From Mobula hypostoma (taxonomy: Eukaryota), in NCBI RefSeq assembly GCF_963921235.1, contig NC_086097.1:115818001-115882000 (forward strand): a stretch of DNA of 64,000 nt. Reading direction: 5' to 3'. Positions 1 through 12,034 of this stretch are shown here, piece after piece. Position numbers and translations under genes: made by a program. The first letter of the stretch is position 1; every line of letters begins with the position of its first letter. The notes beneath the pieces were generated by a model. The model was not told the origin of the DNA. It saw nothing but the letters and a program-made list of their open reading frames with translations, and did no database searches.

Positions 1-1254
1 TCTGCATCATTGTATACCTTTTTAGTTTATAGAAATGGTACCTGTGTTTTGGAAGTCATTAACCCCTTGTATTTTGGAAATGAAAATGATTTATGTTTAG
101 GAATTCTTTGTGATTTAGAAATAGTTTTTAATTTGGAAATGTTGAAGATAGAAATTCACTGTGAGGATTAAATGTGTTTTAAGAGTGTTTGGATTTGAAT
201 GTGTATCACTGTAAAGAATTGCACTGTGTTTTCAGCTACTTTGTTAGCTGGAAGTACCTTCTTGGTAGGGAGAGGGGTCCATCACTCAAATAATGGGTAT
301 TGGCAGCTAAACTTGCTGTGGGGAATAAACAGGGAAGTAAACTAGTCTTTGAATATTGGGTAGTTACAGTATAATCTCCTTTTACTAAGAGTACACATGG
401 CAAATTATATCCGATAAGGCTTGAGATCTTCATTAGACTTCAAAATTTTAAGGTCAACAAACCCAATACCATCACCCCTGCACTGTACTGTTCTATGTTC
501 ATTGTTCTATCTCCTGCCTCATCATTGGAAATATTTGTTGTTTTTATTAGTCATTACAGAATTTACAACCATTTAATTGAATCATTTCACATCAAATATC
601 ACTGCTGCAGCTGAAATAGTATTTTGCTCATAAAATTTAGAGGAAGGTTCGTTATTACTGCTCTCAATGAAATGAAAACTTTGAAATGATCTTTTGATAG
701 AGTGGGTGGAATCAGCAGCTCCTAAATACACCGCCTGCATTGTTAAGCAAATTGAGAGCAGTAAGCACATGGGAGCACCACAGCCTACAGGTTGCCTTCC
801 AAGTTGCTCAACATACACCAATAAATGTTGGGGGTTTACATGGCTGTAAGCATCCCAGCTCGGGTGAAGTCATGTTGCATTGTGCTTGGAAGTGCTTCTA
901 GCATCCGCGTGGAGTCAGCAACTTCCTCCTACATACCATGTTTTTCTGCATAGGTGGCACACTGAAATCATTTATGGGGTAGCAAATAGATCATTTTCAT
1001 CTGTAATAACCCATTAAGGTATGCTGTCACATAAGACAGATCTACTCCCTTGCCCAGTGTTCTTTACACAATAAGATAAAGTGCTATCCATGAGCGGACC
1101 AGTTAGATATGTACAGATGCAGCGATTATCAGATTTTAATTTCATACAGATATCTTGGGTATTCATGAGTATCTGAGTCTTGCTGAGAATAGCATAAGCT
1201 GGAAGGTTACTCAGAGTTTCTTCTCCACCATCTTGTCCACACCAGAGGTCTGGC

Positions 1255-1399
1255 AGGCCTGAGTCCTGAAGAATAGTCTCAGCCCAAAGCATCAACTGTT
1301 TATTCATTTCCATAGATGTTGCCTGACCTGCTGAGTTCCTCCAGCATTTTGTGGGTGTTGCTTTGGGTTTCCAGCATCTGCAGACTTCCTTGTGTTTAT
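1255..1399 (+). mobile_element. Old Penelope-like element terminal (pLTR) fragment
   Basis: Degenerate match to the terminal sequence of the PLEs at 32180-32368 and 54650-54797 (agtcctgaagaa...catagatgttgcctgacctgctgagttcctccagcatttt). Confidence 0.75.
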
Positions 1400-1869
1400 G
1401 ATTTAACCAGAAGAACTGGTTTTGTGTGAAGGTTAGGAATGCAAGCAATTCATTGAAGTATTACTCCTGCTGATATTTTTTTAATGAAATGTGATGATAT
1501 GTTTGAAGAACCAAAAACCATTATAAAATCTTTTTTTTTGTAGCTTTGGTTTAATGACAGACCGCTGACTCCAATAATACTGACATGAGGATAACAGGGA
1601 ACTATTTAGGCAGCCTGCTGCATATTTCTCTTTTGAAAATATGAGTAAATTGCAATAGAAAATTGGCATAGGACAGCGGTCCCCAACCACCAGGCTGCGG
1701 ACGGGTGCCGGACTGCAAAGCATGTGCTACTGGGCTGCGAGGAAACGATATGATTTGGTGATATGAGTCAGCTGCACCTTTCCTCATTCCCTGTCACGCG
1801 CACTGTTGAGCTTGAACGCACGTGAAGTCATTACCCACACGTCATCCATGTCAGTGCGGAAAGGAGTGC

Positions 1870-2130
1870 AAATCCTCGAGCTTGCAAATGACGACGGGCT
1901 GAAAAGTATGTTTGACATAACATCTCTGCCGGCATTCTGGATCAAAGCCAAGGCTCAATATCCTGAGATAGCCACAAAAGCACTGAAAACGTTGCTTCCA
2001 TTTCCAACATTATATCTCAGCAATGAATGCAACAAAAATTAAATTGTGGAATAGACTGGACATAAGGAACCCCCTTTGAGTATCGCTGTCTCCCATCACC
2101 CTTCGATGGCACCGTCTTGTTGCAGGGAAA
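1870..2130 (+). pseudogene. hAT transposase C-terminal dimerization-domain remnant
   Basis: LELANDDGLKSMFDITSLPAFWIKAKAQYPEIATKALKTLLPFPTLYL resembles the FW..YP.L...A...L.PF.TTYLCE motif of Charlie/Buster transposases; deleted and frameshifted. Confidence 0.85.
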
Positions 2131-2277
2131 CAAGCCCAGGGCTCCCACTGATTCAGCGATATTGGTGTGTTGCAATGATCTTATATGTTCATACGAGGAA
2201 AATATGTGCTGTATGTTTAATATCCAAATGTTACGTAAGAAGTTATGATGCTATTGACTTATAAGTGACTTATATAA

Positions 2278-2475
2278 CCATATAACAATGACAGCATGGA
2301 AACAGGCCATCTCTGCCCTTCTAGTCCATGCCGAACGCTACTCTCACCTAGTCCCACCGACCTGCACTCAGCCCATAACCCTCCATTCCTTTCCTGTCCA
2401 TGTACCTATCCAATTTTTCATTAAGTGATAATATCGAACCTGCCTCTACCACTTTTGCTGGAAGTTCATTCAACA
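2278..2475 (-). mobile_element. CR1 LINE 3' fragment inside the hAT element
   Basis: aaacaggccatct..gcccttctagtccatgccg...ccctccattcctttcctgtccatgtacctatcc resembles the reverse-complemented CR1 3' ends elsewhere in the window. Confidence 0.7.
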
Positions 2476-4022
2476 CTTACTTCAAGCTCCCCTGTTGTCC
2501 CCGATAACTGACTTATCACTATATTCATGCGAGGAAAATATGCGCTGTGTGTTTAATATTAAATTCATTAGATAAACCGTTTTAGAAACAAAATTCAGTG
2601 TATTAGCCACTTATCACCTGTATTGCAGTCGTGATTAACAAACCCCCTCCTCCCGGAACAGAATCGCAAAAAACAATTTGTAGAAAAAAATCGGCACGTA
2701 CACGTATGCGCAGACAGGTGCCCACGCAAGGCTTCATGGTCATGGTAGTCTTTTCAGGGTAAACACAACGTATTTGACTGCTCCTCTTGTCCGTTGGCAA
2801 CCCTACCCTCCCCAACCCCCCTCCCCCGCGTCGGCCGGGCCACAAGAATATTGTCAATAATAAACCGGTCCGCGGTATACAAAAGGTCTGGGACCCCTGG
2901 CGTAGGAGAATAGCACACAGGAGATTGTGTTAATGTGATTTTGACATAAGTTCCCTCTTAGGTGAATAGCTCTCCCTTTTGTTTCCATCAAAGAAATGCT
3001 TAATTATCTGAGTAAGAGAACCCTTCAGCAGTTGTAGATGGCTGATAATTGCCACATCCAGTCACTGAGAATCAGCTGAGGAGGTCTTTCTTCTAAACTC
3101 TCCCTTCTGAAATGAAAGAATTGCCTTAATTGTGAATTATTAGTTAATCTCTCATGTGATACCACAAGTACACAATATGAGGCAACAATATTTAAACCAT
3201 TATCTCTTTCTGAATGCTTGCAAATGAAACTGGTAATTAAACTGGATGAGGCTGTGGCCACACCAGACAGAAATTTGGCAAAGTGAATCCACTGTGTTGC
3301 CAGATCAAAAATTTCCCCCACTTAGCAGGCAGGGCAGTTTCTAAGAGTGCAACTACACCCAGTAGCATTGGCCTTTGGTAATGTAATGAAAATATATTAA
3401 AATTTATTCCTTGTTCTTTTCTCATTCAGCAAGCAGTACTTGCAAATGTATTCACAAACAAAGGAGGCACTGTACATGTGTTGAACCGCAAGAAAGCATA
3501 TTATTTAATTATATGAAGCATGCAATACAGAAAGAAGAAGTGGTTAATGAATTGGTAAAACAAAAAAAATACAGAAAGAAAAAATGGTTACTCAGTTAGG
3601 AGAACAAAAAAACCCAACATAATACTTGTCATCCCCTTCATGAGCTGACCTGCAGAATGCCGGAGGGAACCACTTTCATGCAGCCCTCCTTCTCTCCATC
3701 TCTTTATGTTCATGTTCTTGTCTCTATCTCCAACCCTTAGTGCTACGACAAGTCCTGCTACAGCCTGAGAGAAAAGTCCTACTTGCACAAAGAAATTGCC
3801 CCTTTTTATACCCTTCAAATCCCCTTACACTAGTATTTTCCCATGATAAGGAACTATTTGATACCTGCACCTGAACTATGATCTTACCTTCCTTAGGCAA
3901 ACATATAATCATCTTTTAAAACACAAACAACAGGAATTCTGCAGATGCTGGAAATTCAAGCAACACACATCAAAGTTGCTGGTGAACGCAGCAGGCCAGG
4001 CAGCATCTCTAGGAAGAGGTAC

Positions 4023-4058
4023 AGTCGACGTTTCAGGCCGAGACCCTTCGTCAGGACT
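4023..4058 (-). ncRNA. Minimal type I hammerhead ribozyme motif
   Basis: AGUC-CUGACGA-AGG(gucucgg)CCU-GAAAC-GUC-GACU: intact core, stem I AGUC/GACU, stem II AGG/CCU, palindromic ACGU in place of stem III. Confidence 0.85.
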
Positions 4059-4352
4059 AACTGAAGGAAGAGCTAGTAAGAGATTTGAAAGTGGGAGGGG
4101 GAGGGGGAGATCCAAAATGATAGGAGAAGACAAGAGGAAGAGGGATGGAGCCAAGAGCTGGACAGGTGATTGGCAAAGGGGATATGAGAGGATCATGGAA
4201 CAGGAGGTCCGGGAAGAAAGACAAGGGGGGGTGGAATCAGAGGATGGGCAAGGGGGTATAGTCAAAGGGACAGAGGGAGAAAAAGGAGAGTGAGAGAAAG
4301 AATGTGTGTATAAAAATAAATAACGGATGGGGTACGAGGGGGAGGTGGGTCA

Positions 4353-5527
4353 TTAGCGGAAGTTAGAGAAGTCAATGTTCATGCCATCAGGTTGGAGGCT
4401 ACCCAGGCGGAATATAAGGTGTTGTTCCTCCAACCTGAGTGTGGCTTCATCTTTACAGTAGAGGAGGCCGTGGATAGACATGTCAGAATGGAAATGGGAT
4501 GTGGAATTAAAATGTGTGGTCACTGGGAGATCCTGCTTTCTCTGGCAAACAGAGCGTAGGTGTTCAGCGAAACGGTCTCCCAGTCTGCGTTGGGTCTCAC
4601 CAATATATTGAAGGCCACATCGGGAGCACCGGATGCAGTATATCACCCCAGCCGACTCACAGGTGAAGTGTCGCCTCACCTGGAAGGACTGTCTGGGGCC
4701 CTGAATGGTGGTAAGGGAGGAAGTGTAAGGGCATGTGTAGCACTTGTTCCGCTTACACGGATAAGTGCCAGGAGGGAGATCAGTGGAGAGGGATGAGGGG
4801 GACGAATGGACAAGGGAGTCACGTAGGGAGCGATCCCTGCGGAAAGCAGAGAGAGGGGGTGAGGGAAAGATGTGCTTAGTGGTGGGATCCTGTTGGAGGT
4901 GGCGGAAGTTACGGAGAATAATATGTTGGACCCGGAGGCTGGTGGGGTGGTAGGTGAGGACCAGGGGAACCCTATTCCTAGTGGGGTGGTGGGAGAATGG
5001 AGTGAGAGCAGGTGTACGTGAAATGGGGGAGATGCGTTTGAGAGCAGAGTTGATCGTGAAGAAAGGGAAGCCCCTTTCTTTAAAAAAGGAAGACATCTCC
5101 CTTGTCCTGGAATGAAAAGTCTCATCCTGAGAGTAGATGCGGCGGAGACGGAGGAATTGCGAGAAGGGGATGGCATTTTTGCAAGAGACAGGGTGAGAAG
5201 AGGAGTAGTCCAGATAGCTGAGAGAGTCAGTAGGCTTATAGTAGACATCAGTAGATAAGCTGTCTCCAGAGATAGAGACAGAAAGATCTAGAAAGGGGAG
5301 GGAGGTGTCAGAAATGGACCAGATAAACTTGAGGGCAGGGTGAAAGTTGGAGGCAAAGTTAATAAAGTCAACGAGTTCTGCATGTGTGCAAGAAGCAGCG
5401 CCAATGCAGTCGTCGATGTAGCGAAGGAAAAGATACCAGAATAGGCACGGAACATAGATTGTTCCACAAACCCAACAAAAAGGCAGGCATAGCTAGGACC
5501 CATACAGGTACCCATAGCTACCCTCAC
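4353..5527 (-). pseudogene. Penelope-like RT + GIY-YIG endonuclease (5'-truncated, one frameshift near 5430)
   Basis: GVAMGTCMGPSYA, then RYIDDCIG (YIDD 5409-5420), PFLDL, YKPT, Cys-rich linker CKRNKCYTC and GVIYCIRC..C..QYIGET.RRL..RF.EH. I read the frame as open from about 5429 to the stop at 4353. The Cys linker suggests a Neptune-type PLE. Confidence 0.93.
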
Positions 5528-5544
5528 TAACTCCTCCTTCAGTT

Positions 5545-5580
5545 ACTCCTGACGAAGGGTCTCGGCCTGAAACGTTGACT
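5545..5580 (+). ncRNA. Hammerhead ribozyme motif (variant copy)
   Basis: actc-ctgacga-agggtctcggcct-gaaac-gtt-gact; core intact, one stem I mismatch, GUU triplet. Confidence 0.7.
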
Positions 5581-6084
5581 GTACCTCTTCCTAGAGATGC
5601 TGCCTGGCCTGCTGCGCTCACCAGCAATTTTGATGTGTGTTGCATATAATCATCTTTGTCTACTCTCAAGTCTGTAGGCTTGTACTCCTTTTACTTCCTC
5701 AAAACATTCCCACTTGCAGGCTAACATCTTTTTGTCTTACAGACTTCCATTTAATTTAGCCTATATCAAGGAAGAATCATATTTTACTCTTTCCTTACTG
5801 GCAGAGCATGGAACATGCTTTCTTTATCTGTTCCTAATCATTCTATAAATTGCATTTCATTAAGACCTGTTTCTGCTTCTCTACAAACTTAACAAGAACA
5901 TCTTTCATCGGTTCTTATACCAATACAGTCTAAGTATACCTTTCACAGCTTTAAAATTCTTTTCACTTTGAATCACCTATTCAAATTCTTCCAGGAGCAT
6001 TAGAGGATTTTTGTAAATAATGAGACGAGCATGCACGTACATCTGAATGGGGTTCTTGGAAGCCCCTTCATTATAACGCAGGCT

Positions 6085-7210
6085 TAAAAATAGAACTACA
6101 ACTGGAGGTTAAGGGTGAAAGGTGAAAAGTTTAAGAGGAACATGAGGGGAATCTTCTTTACTCAGAGGATTGTGAGAGTGTGGAATGAGTTGCCAGCACA
6201 AGTGGTGTATGTGAGCTCGATTTCAATGTTTAAGAGAAATTTGGATAGTTACATGGATGGTAGGGGTATGGAGGGGAATGGTCTTGGTACATGTCGATGG
6301 AAGTAATGTGACGAGAATACACATAAAATTAAGATGTTTGCTGGCCTGAGTTAGCATCAGTGACATCAGCAAGTGGTCTGCCACCTGCCCTCAGGAGAAG
6401 GAGAGATAAGGAACAATGGAGCAGCGTCTGGAGATGTGTAATGAAGGGACGGGGGAGAGAGAGCTGTCTGGAGCGGCTCCCCCCTTTGAACCTTGAACTG
6501 TTTGAAGTGATGGACAGGCGATACCCCAGCAGGGGGATAAAAAGCGACCGGTTCGCTAAGGCAGGAGACACACGCCACCCGAGGTAACGAGACCCTGGAA
6601 GCGGTACGCTTCTCACGAGTCGGTGGGAAGTACCAGACAACGGCCAGGGTGGAAAGGTACGATCAGCGGGAACCCGGTGTGTGTCCGCCCTTGCCTGGGT
6701 GCCGGGTTCACTGCAGAGGATCGACCGCATCTGGAGGAGGGGTCACAGTCGGTGACCTCAGGTGACATCACCAAGGACCTGCCCAAAATCACCGGTCTGT
6801 GAGTGAAGCTGTGTCTGAATGATCAGTTGTTCCTGTTCTCTCTCTCTCTCCCCCCACGTTGTCCATCGCCATGGCAACGATTACTGTGAACTGAACTACT
6901 AAACTGGACTGAACTTTGAGTCACTTTGAAATTTGGTCATTTACCCCTAGACAACGATAGAGTTTGATTGATGCTGTTATCTTAATTCTGTGCACATGTG
7001 TGTTTATCATCACTGAACTGTTGCATTTATTATCCTTTTGATTACTGTGTTGCTTGTTTCTTTAATAAAACTTTCTTAGTTCTAGTACTCCAGACTCCAA
7101 CTGAGTGATCCATTTCTGCTGGTTTGGCAACCCAGTTACGGGGTACGTAACAGTAAGTTCAACATAGACTATTTGGGCCAAAGGGCCTGTTTCTGTAATG
7201 TACTTTTCTA
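6085..7210 (+). mobile_element. CR1 3' fragment interrupted by a solo LTR
   Basis: KGEKFKRNMRGIFFTQRIVRVWNELP (ORF2 C-terminus); the 3' UTR resumes after 7156 (gggccaaagggcctgtttctgt). Confidence 0.8.
6307..7152 (+). mobile_element. Solo LTR (846 bp, Gypsy-like)
   Basis: TGTGACG...CGTAACA termini, 4-bp TSD gtaa (6303-6306, 7153-7156), AATAAA at 7064-7069, CpG-rich relative to the flanks. Confidence 0.9.
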
Positions 7211-7235
7211 TGAATCTCTAGGACTGAAAAGTTGA

Positions 7236-7718
7236 AAAGAATCGCCAGGAATGAAAGGGTTACTGAATGAGGAACGTCTGGCAGCTCTTGGGCTGTATTC
7301 CCTGGAGTTCAGCAGAATGTGGGGGGATCTCGTACAAACATTCCGAATGTTAAGAGGCCTGAACAGATTAGATATGTCAAAGTTATTTCCCATGGTAGGG
7401 GAGTCTAGGACAAGAGGGTACGACTTCAGGATTGAAGGACATCCATTTAGAATTGAGATGCGGAGAAATTACGTTAGTCAGAGGGTGGAAAATCTGTGGA
7501 ATTTGTTGCCACGAGCAGCTGTGGAGGCCAAATTATTGGCTGCATTTAAGGCAGAGATCTTAATTAGGTTCTTGATTAGTCAGGGCATCAAAGGGTATGG
7601 GGTGAAAGCAGAGGAATGGGGATGATTGGAAGAAATGGACCAACCCATGATTGAATGGCAGAGCAGACTTGATGGGCCAAATGGCCTAATTCTGCTGTTC
7701 TATCTTATGGTGTTATGG
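7236..7718 (+). mobile_element. CR1 LINE 3' fragment
   Basis: EERLAALGLYSLEFSRMWGDL..., homologous to the C-terminus of the 23361-26393 ORF2, followed by 3' UTR and a (ttatgg)-like tail. Confidence 0.88.
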
Positions 7719-8234
7719 ACTCCAGGAAAAGGAACTAATGAGACAGGTGCAGCTGGATTATGAATACCTATATAATCAATCACTATTCTATATCCAGTTT
7801 TCATCTCTTCCAAAACTAGAAGACGTCTTTAACTTCCCTATGCATGCTAGGTTTATGAGAAGAATCAATAATACACAACTTGGGAAGAAAGAAACCTTGC
7901 ACACACTAGTCCAGAATTGTGGTCGAATGCCAGATGTGATTTATGGACACTTAATAAATACTGAAAAATCTTGTGAGGCACACACATTTTGAATTAGTAA
8001 AGGCCAGTTTGAAAATCCTCTGGTACCACAGGATGAACTTGACTTTGTGTGACAGGGTAACATGAGTGATAGAAAGTTCAATATTTCTCCTACTTTGATT
8101 TCTATTGTGTTCAGAAAATTAAAGTTCCCAAAGGTTTAAGGAATTGAAACAATGTTATTAGCTTATAAAAGCTATAAAAATTATATTTTAAGCTGCAACA
8201 GCTGTTAGAAATTCTCCTACTTCCCATTCTCAGT

Positions 8235-8760
8235 CAGAATCAGAATCAGATTTAATATCACTGGTATATGTCATGAAATTTGTTTTCTTTGTGGCAGCAG
8301 TACAATGCAATACATAAAAATTGAAGAAAAAATGTGAATTACAGTAAATATATATATATATATATATATATATAATTCAATTAAATAAGTAGTGCAAAAT
8401 AGAAATAAGAATATAGTGAGGTGGTGTTCATGGGTTCAATGTCCTTTCAGAAATCAGATGGCAAAGGGGAAGAAGCTGTTCCTGAATTTTTGAGTGTGTG
8501 CCTTTAGACTTCTATACCTCCTTCCTGATGGTAGTACTGAGAACAAGGCATGACCTGGGTAATGGGGCCCGTAATGATGGATGCCACCCTTTTGAGGCAT
8601 TGGTCCTTGAAGATGTCCTGGATACCATGGTGGCTAGTGCCCATGATGGAGCTGACTATGTTTACAACTCTCTGCAGCTTGTTTCAATCCTGTGTAGCCC
8701 ACCTCCATACCAGATGGCGATGCAGCCAGTTAGAATGCTCTCCATGGTACATCAATAGAA
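8235..8760 (-). mobile_element. Rex1/L2-type LINE 3' fragment
   Basis: (tcagaa)n tail; aagaagctgttcctgaat...ctccttcctgatggtag matches related copies at 38215-38620 and 40140-40500. Confidence 0.7.
8349..8373. repeat. (TA)n microsatellite
   Basis: Directly visible TA run. Confidence 0.95.
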
Positions 8761-8780
8761 ATTCATTCTCATTCTCATTT

Positions 8781-8839
8781 TCTCTCTCTCTCTCTCTCTC
8801 TCACTCACTCACTCACTCACTCACTCACTCACACACACA
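8781..8839. repeat. Compound (CT)n-(CTCA)n-(CA)n microsatellite
   Basis: Directly visible. Confidence 0.95.
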
Positions 8840-10065
8840 TTTCCAGTTATTGTTCTCTGGGTGGGTGTTGAGATGTGTTCTGGTTAGAGTGTGCGATTAG
8901 GGTTTGGTTATACTATGATTGGAAGCTGTGCCATTTTTCTCTTCTTCCAGTTCTGAGGAATCTCTGAGGAATATTAATTTGTTTCAAGCACAGAATTTTA
9001 TCATTGATTGGATCATAAGAAGACTGGTAGCAAGCTGGATTTCCATTACCTTAGAAACTTGACCCTAAGTACTTGTTTTTTCACTTTTATCTCCAAAATA
9101 AAGTAGGCAGAATAGGTGGTTTTAAACTGCATTATCTCCAATGTTTCATCAATCTTGACAAGAAAAAAGAAACAGAAAATGCTGGACTCTGCAAATGAAG
9201 GGTAACTATGGGGAGGGAAACAGATAAGGTTTTATGTCAAAGACGAATTGGAACAGAAGAGCAGAGCACATCTGTGAAGAGACAGATAAAAAAGTGTGAT
9301 TACCTGAAATTGTTAAGGGTTGCAATTTGCCCAGGTGGGAGATAAGGTGCTATATCTTGAGCTTACATCAGGCATCTCTGGAGCAATACAGAAGAGTGAA
9401 GGCAGAGACATCAGGTTGAGAGTGAGGTAAAGAGATAATGCAACAAGCAGCTCAAAGCTTAGGGCTACCTTGCAGACTGTTCATTCTGCAAAATGGCCAC
9501 CCAATAGGCTCTTGATTTTTCAATTTAAGGGGAGACCATTTTTTGCGAAACAAATGCAAAACAAATACAACTACTGGACTGAAAGAAGTCCAAGTTAATT
9601 TGAGCTTCACTTAGAATAGGTAAAGGCAAAAGAGCAGGTGCTGCATTTCATAAGCTGCATGAGGAAAGTGCAACAGAGTTCAAAGTTCAAAGTAAATTTA
9701 ATTATCAAAGTACATATATGTCACTACATAAAATCCTGAGATTTATTTTCTTGTAAGCATTCTCAACAAATCTATTGAATAGTAACTATAACAGAATAAT
9801 TGAAAGACCTCCCAACTAGGGTGTTCAAACAGAGTGCAGAAGACAACAAACCGTTCAAATCCAAATACCAAAAAAAAGTAATAAATACTGAGAACATGAG
9901 ATGAAGAGTCCTTGAAAGTGACTTCATTGCTTCTGGGATCATTTCAGAGATGGAGCAAGTTAAGATAAGTGAACTTATCCCCTTTTGTTCAAGAGCCTGA
10001 AGTTTGATGAGGAATAGCTGCTCCTGAACCTGATGGTGTGAGTCCTGCGTCTCTTGTAATTTCAT

Positions 10066-10187
10066 AAACCCAAGAAATTCTACAGATGCTGGAAATCTTG
10101 AGCAACACACACAAAATATTGGAGGAACTCAGCAAGATAGGCAGCATCTATAGATTTATATATCAACAGCATTTTGTTTGTGTTGCA
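10066..10187 (-). mobile_element. Short old PLE terminal fragment with tiny inverted arm
   Basis: gcaacacacacaaaatattgg mirrored by cagcattttgtttgtgttgc. Confidence 0.6.
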
Positions 10188-10779
10188 TAACAGGCTTTAA
10201 GAAAAGTATTTTGGGAAATGGATGTGGCAGTCAAAATCCATGATAAGCCCATTGACTTCCACAGTCAGAGTGAATACAGCTCTTTTGCCCTATTTACCAT
10301 GCTGTCAGTTTGCCTGTCTCCATGGCACAATAATAAAACTTTCCATACTTGTGCTTTTGACATGCTTTTCTTATTTAGCCATGGCTTTCCCTCCACTGCA
10401 CTTGACAGGGGATCTCAACAGCTATTTCCCACCCTTCTGCTCTCAGCCAGAACAAGGACAGGGATTCCTTGTTCTTAACTTCCACTCCAATATCCACCAC
10501 TTTCAATGTATTACATTCCATAACTTTAATCATGTTCTACCACCAAGCAATTTTTTGCCCGCCCTATACCCTTTTAGCACTTGAAAGTATCATTCTTTCT
10601 GTGATAAGAACATAAGAAATCGAAGCAGGAGTAGGCCATCTGGCCTGTCAGCACTGATAACCAGGTGTAGTGTTCCATCTCCATCTATACCTTTCCTGCT
10701 CATGGCACTTTTCCTTACAAATGTTGAGATTCATAGTCTGCCCCTTTCCCTTCTTTCTTAAACAATCATTCAACGTTTG

Positions 10780-11330
10780 TAGAATCATAGAGCACTGCAG
10801 CAGAGAAAAAAGCCATCTAGTCAATGTCAAGCTATTATTCTGCCTGCTCCCATTGACCTGCACTTCGACTATTGCCCTCCCATCCATGTATTATCCAAAA
10901 TTCTCTTCACTATTGAAAGTACACCTACATCCATCACTTCTGCTGGCAGCTCATTCCACACTCTCATCACTTTTAAAGAAAAGGATTTCCCCTCAGCTTC
11001 TTCTTCAATATTTCACCTTTCACCCTTACCCCATGACCTCTAGTTATAGACTCACCCAACCTCAGTGGACAAAAGCCTGCTTGCACTTACCCTATCTATG
11101 CCACTCATAATTTTGTATACCTCTGACAAATCTTTCCTTATTTTCTGAGGCTCAAGGAAATGAAGTCCTAACCTATTCAACCTTTCCCTATCACACAAGC
11201 CCTCAGGTCCCAGCAACATGCTTGAAAATTTTCTCTGTATTTATTCAAACTAATTGCTATCTTTCCTGTAGGTAGGTGACCAGAACAGAACACAATAATC
11301 AAATTAGGGCTCACCAATGTCTTATAACAT
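10780..11330 (-). mobile_element. Degenerate CR1 3' fragment
   Basis: YKTLVSPNL..., homologous to ORF2 YKALVRSHL; UTR similar to other CR1 copies. Confidence 0.7.
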
Positions 11331-11609
11331 AACATTTCACCTCCTGCACTCAATACTAGCAATCATTCCAGGTAAAACAAGTATTCACCTGGACTCCCAC
11401 TTTAAATTATTGTGTTCATTGTTCACAATGTGTAGTCCTTTACAATAGAGAAACCATATTCAGAAAACGTGACCAGTTTTCCTGTTCAATCAGTAGAAGC
11501 AACCCTGAGGTTCCACATACAAAGCTGCAGAAGCATAATTTGTTAGGCAGCATCCATGGAGGGAAATAGATACTCAATCCTTTGGGTCGAAATGATTCAT
11601 TTGGACTGG

Positions 11610-11970
11610 AGCAGGTCCATCATGGGTCCTATCTTCCCTAGCATCGAGGGCTTCGTCAAAAGGCAATTACTCAAAAAGACTGCAGCCATTATTAAGGACC
11701 CCCATCATCCAGAATGTGTTCTCTTTTTATTACTACCATCAGAGAGGAGGTACAAGAGCCTGAAGACATACACCCAATATTTAAGAAACAGCTTCTTCCT
11801 CTCCACCATCAGGTTTTGGACAATAAACCAGCCCCTAAAAAACACACCACGCTTTTTGCTCTCTTTTTGCACTCGTTACTGAATTTAATTTTTATGTTTT
11901 TCTTATTGTAATTTATCATATTTTATGTATACGCAGTACCACTGCCCCACATCAACGAATGTCATGACGT
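11610..11970 (+). mobile_element. Rex1/L2-type LINE 3' fragment
   Basis: KTAAIIKDPHHP..LFLLLPSERRYKSLKT...RNSFF C-terminal motif. Confidence 0.75.
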
Positions 11971-12034
11971 TTGTTTGTTCAAATCAAATATTATTACCAT
12001 ATACAGTGACTATAAAAAATATACATCCCCCTTG

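Larger units (their letters stand above)
1674..2899 (+). mobile_element. Non-autonomous hAT (Charlie/Buster-type) DNA transposon
   Basis: TIRs cagcggtccccaacc / ggtctgggacccctg. 8-bp TSD gcatagga (1666-1673) / gcgtagga (2900-2907) with central TA. Internal transposase remnant. Confidence 0.9.
3917..5642 (-). mobile_element. Young 5'-truncated Penelope-like retroelement with inverted partial pLTR
   Basis: RT and GIY-YIG coding on the minus strand. 109-bp inverted arms 3960-4068 / 5535-5643. Perfect 15-bp TSD catataatcatcttt (3902-3916, 5643-5657). Confidence 0.95.

Noticed and set aside
221..270. Possible small exon after ttttcag (235) ending at gtaggg
   Set aside because: Weak donor, no recognisable peptide and no partner exons.
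3960..5643. DNA transposon suggested by inverted termini
   Set aside because: Encodes RT and GIY-YIG; the inverted arms are pLTR copies.
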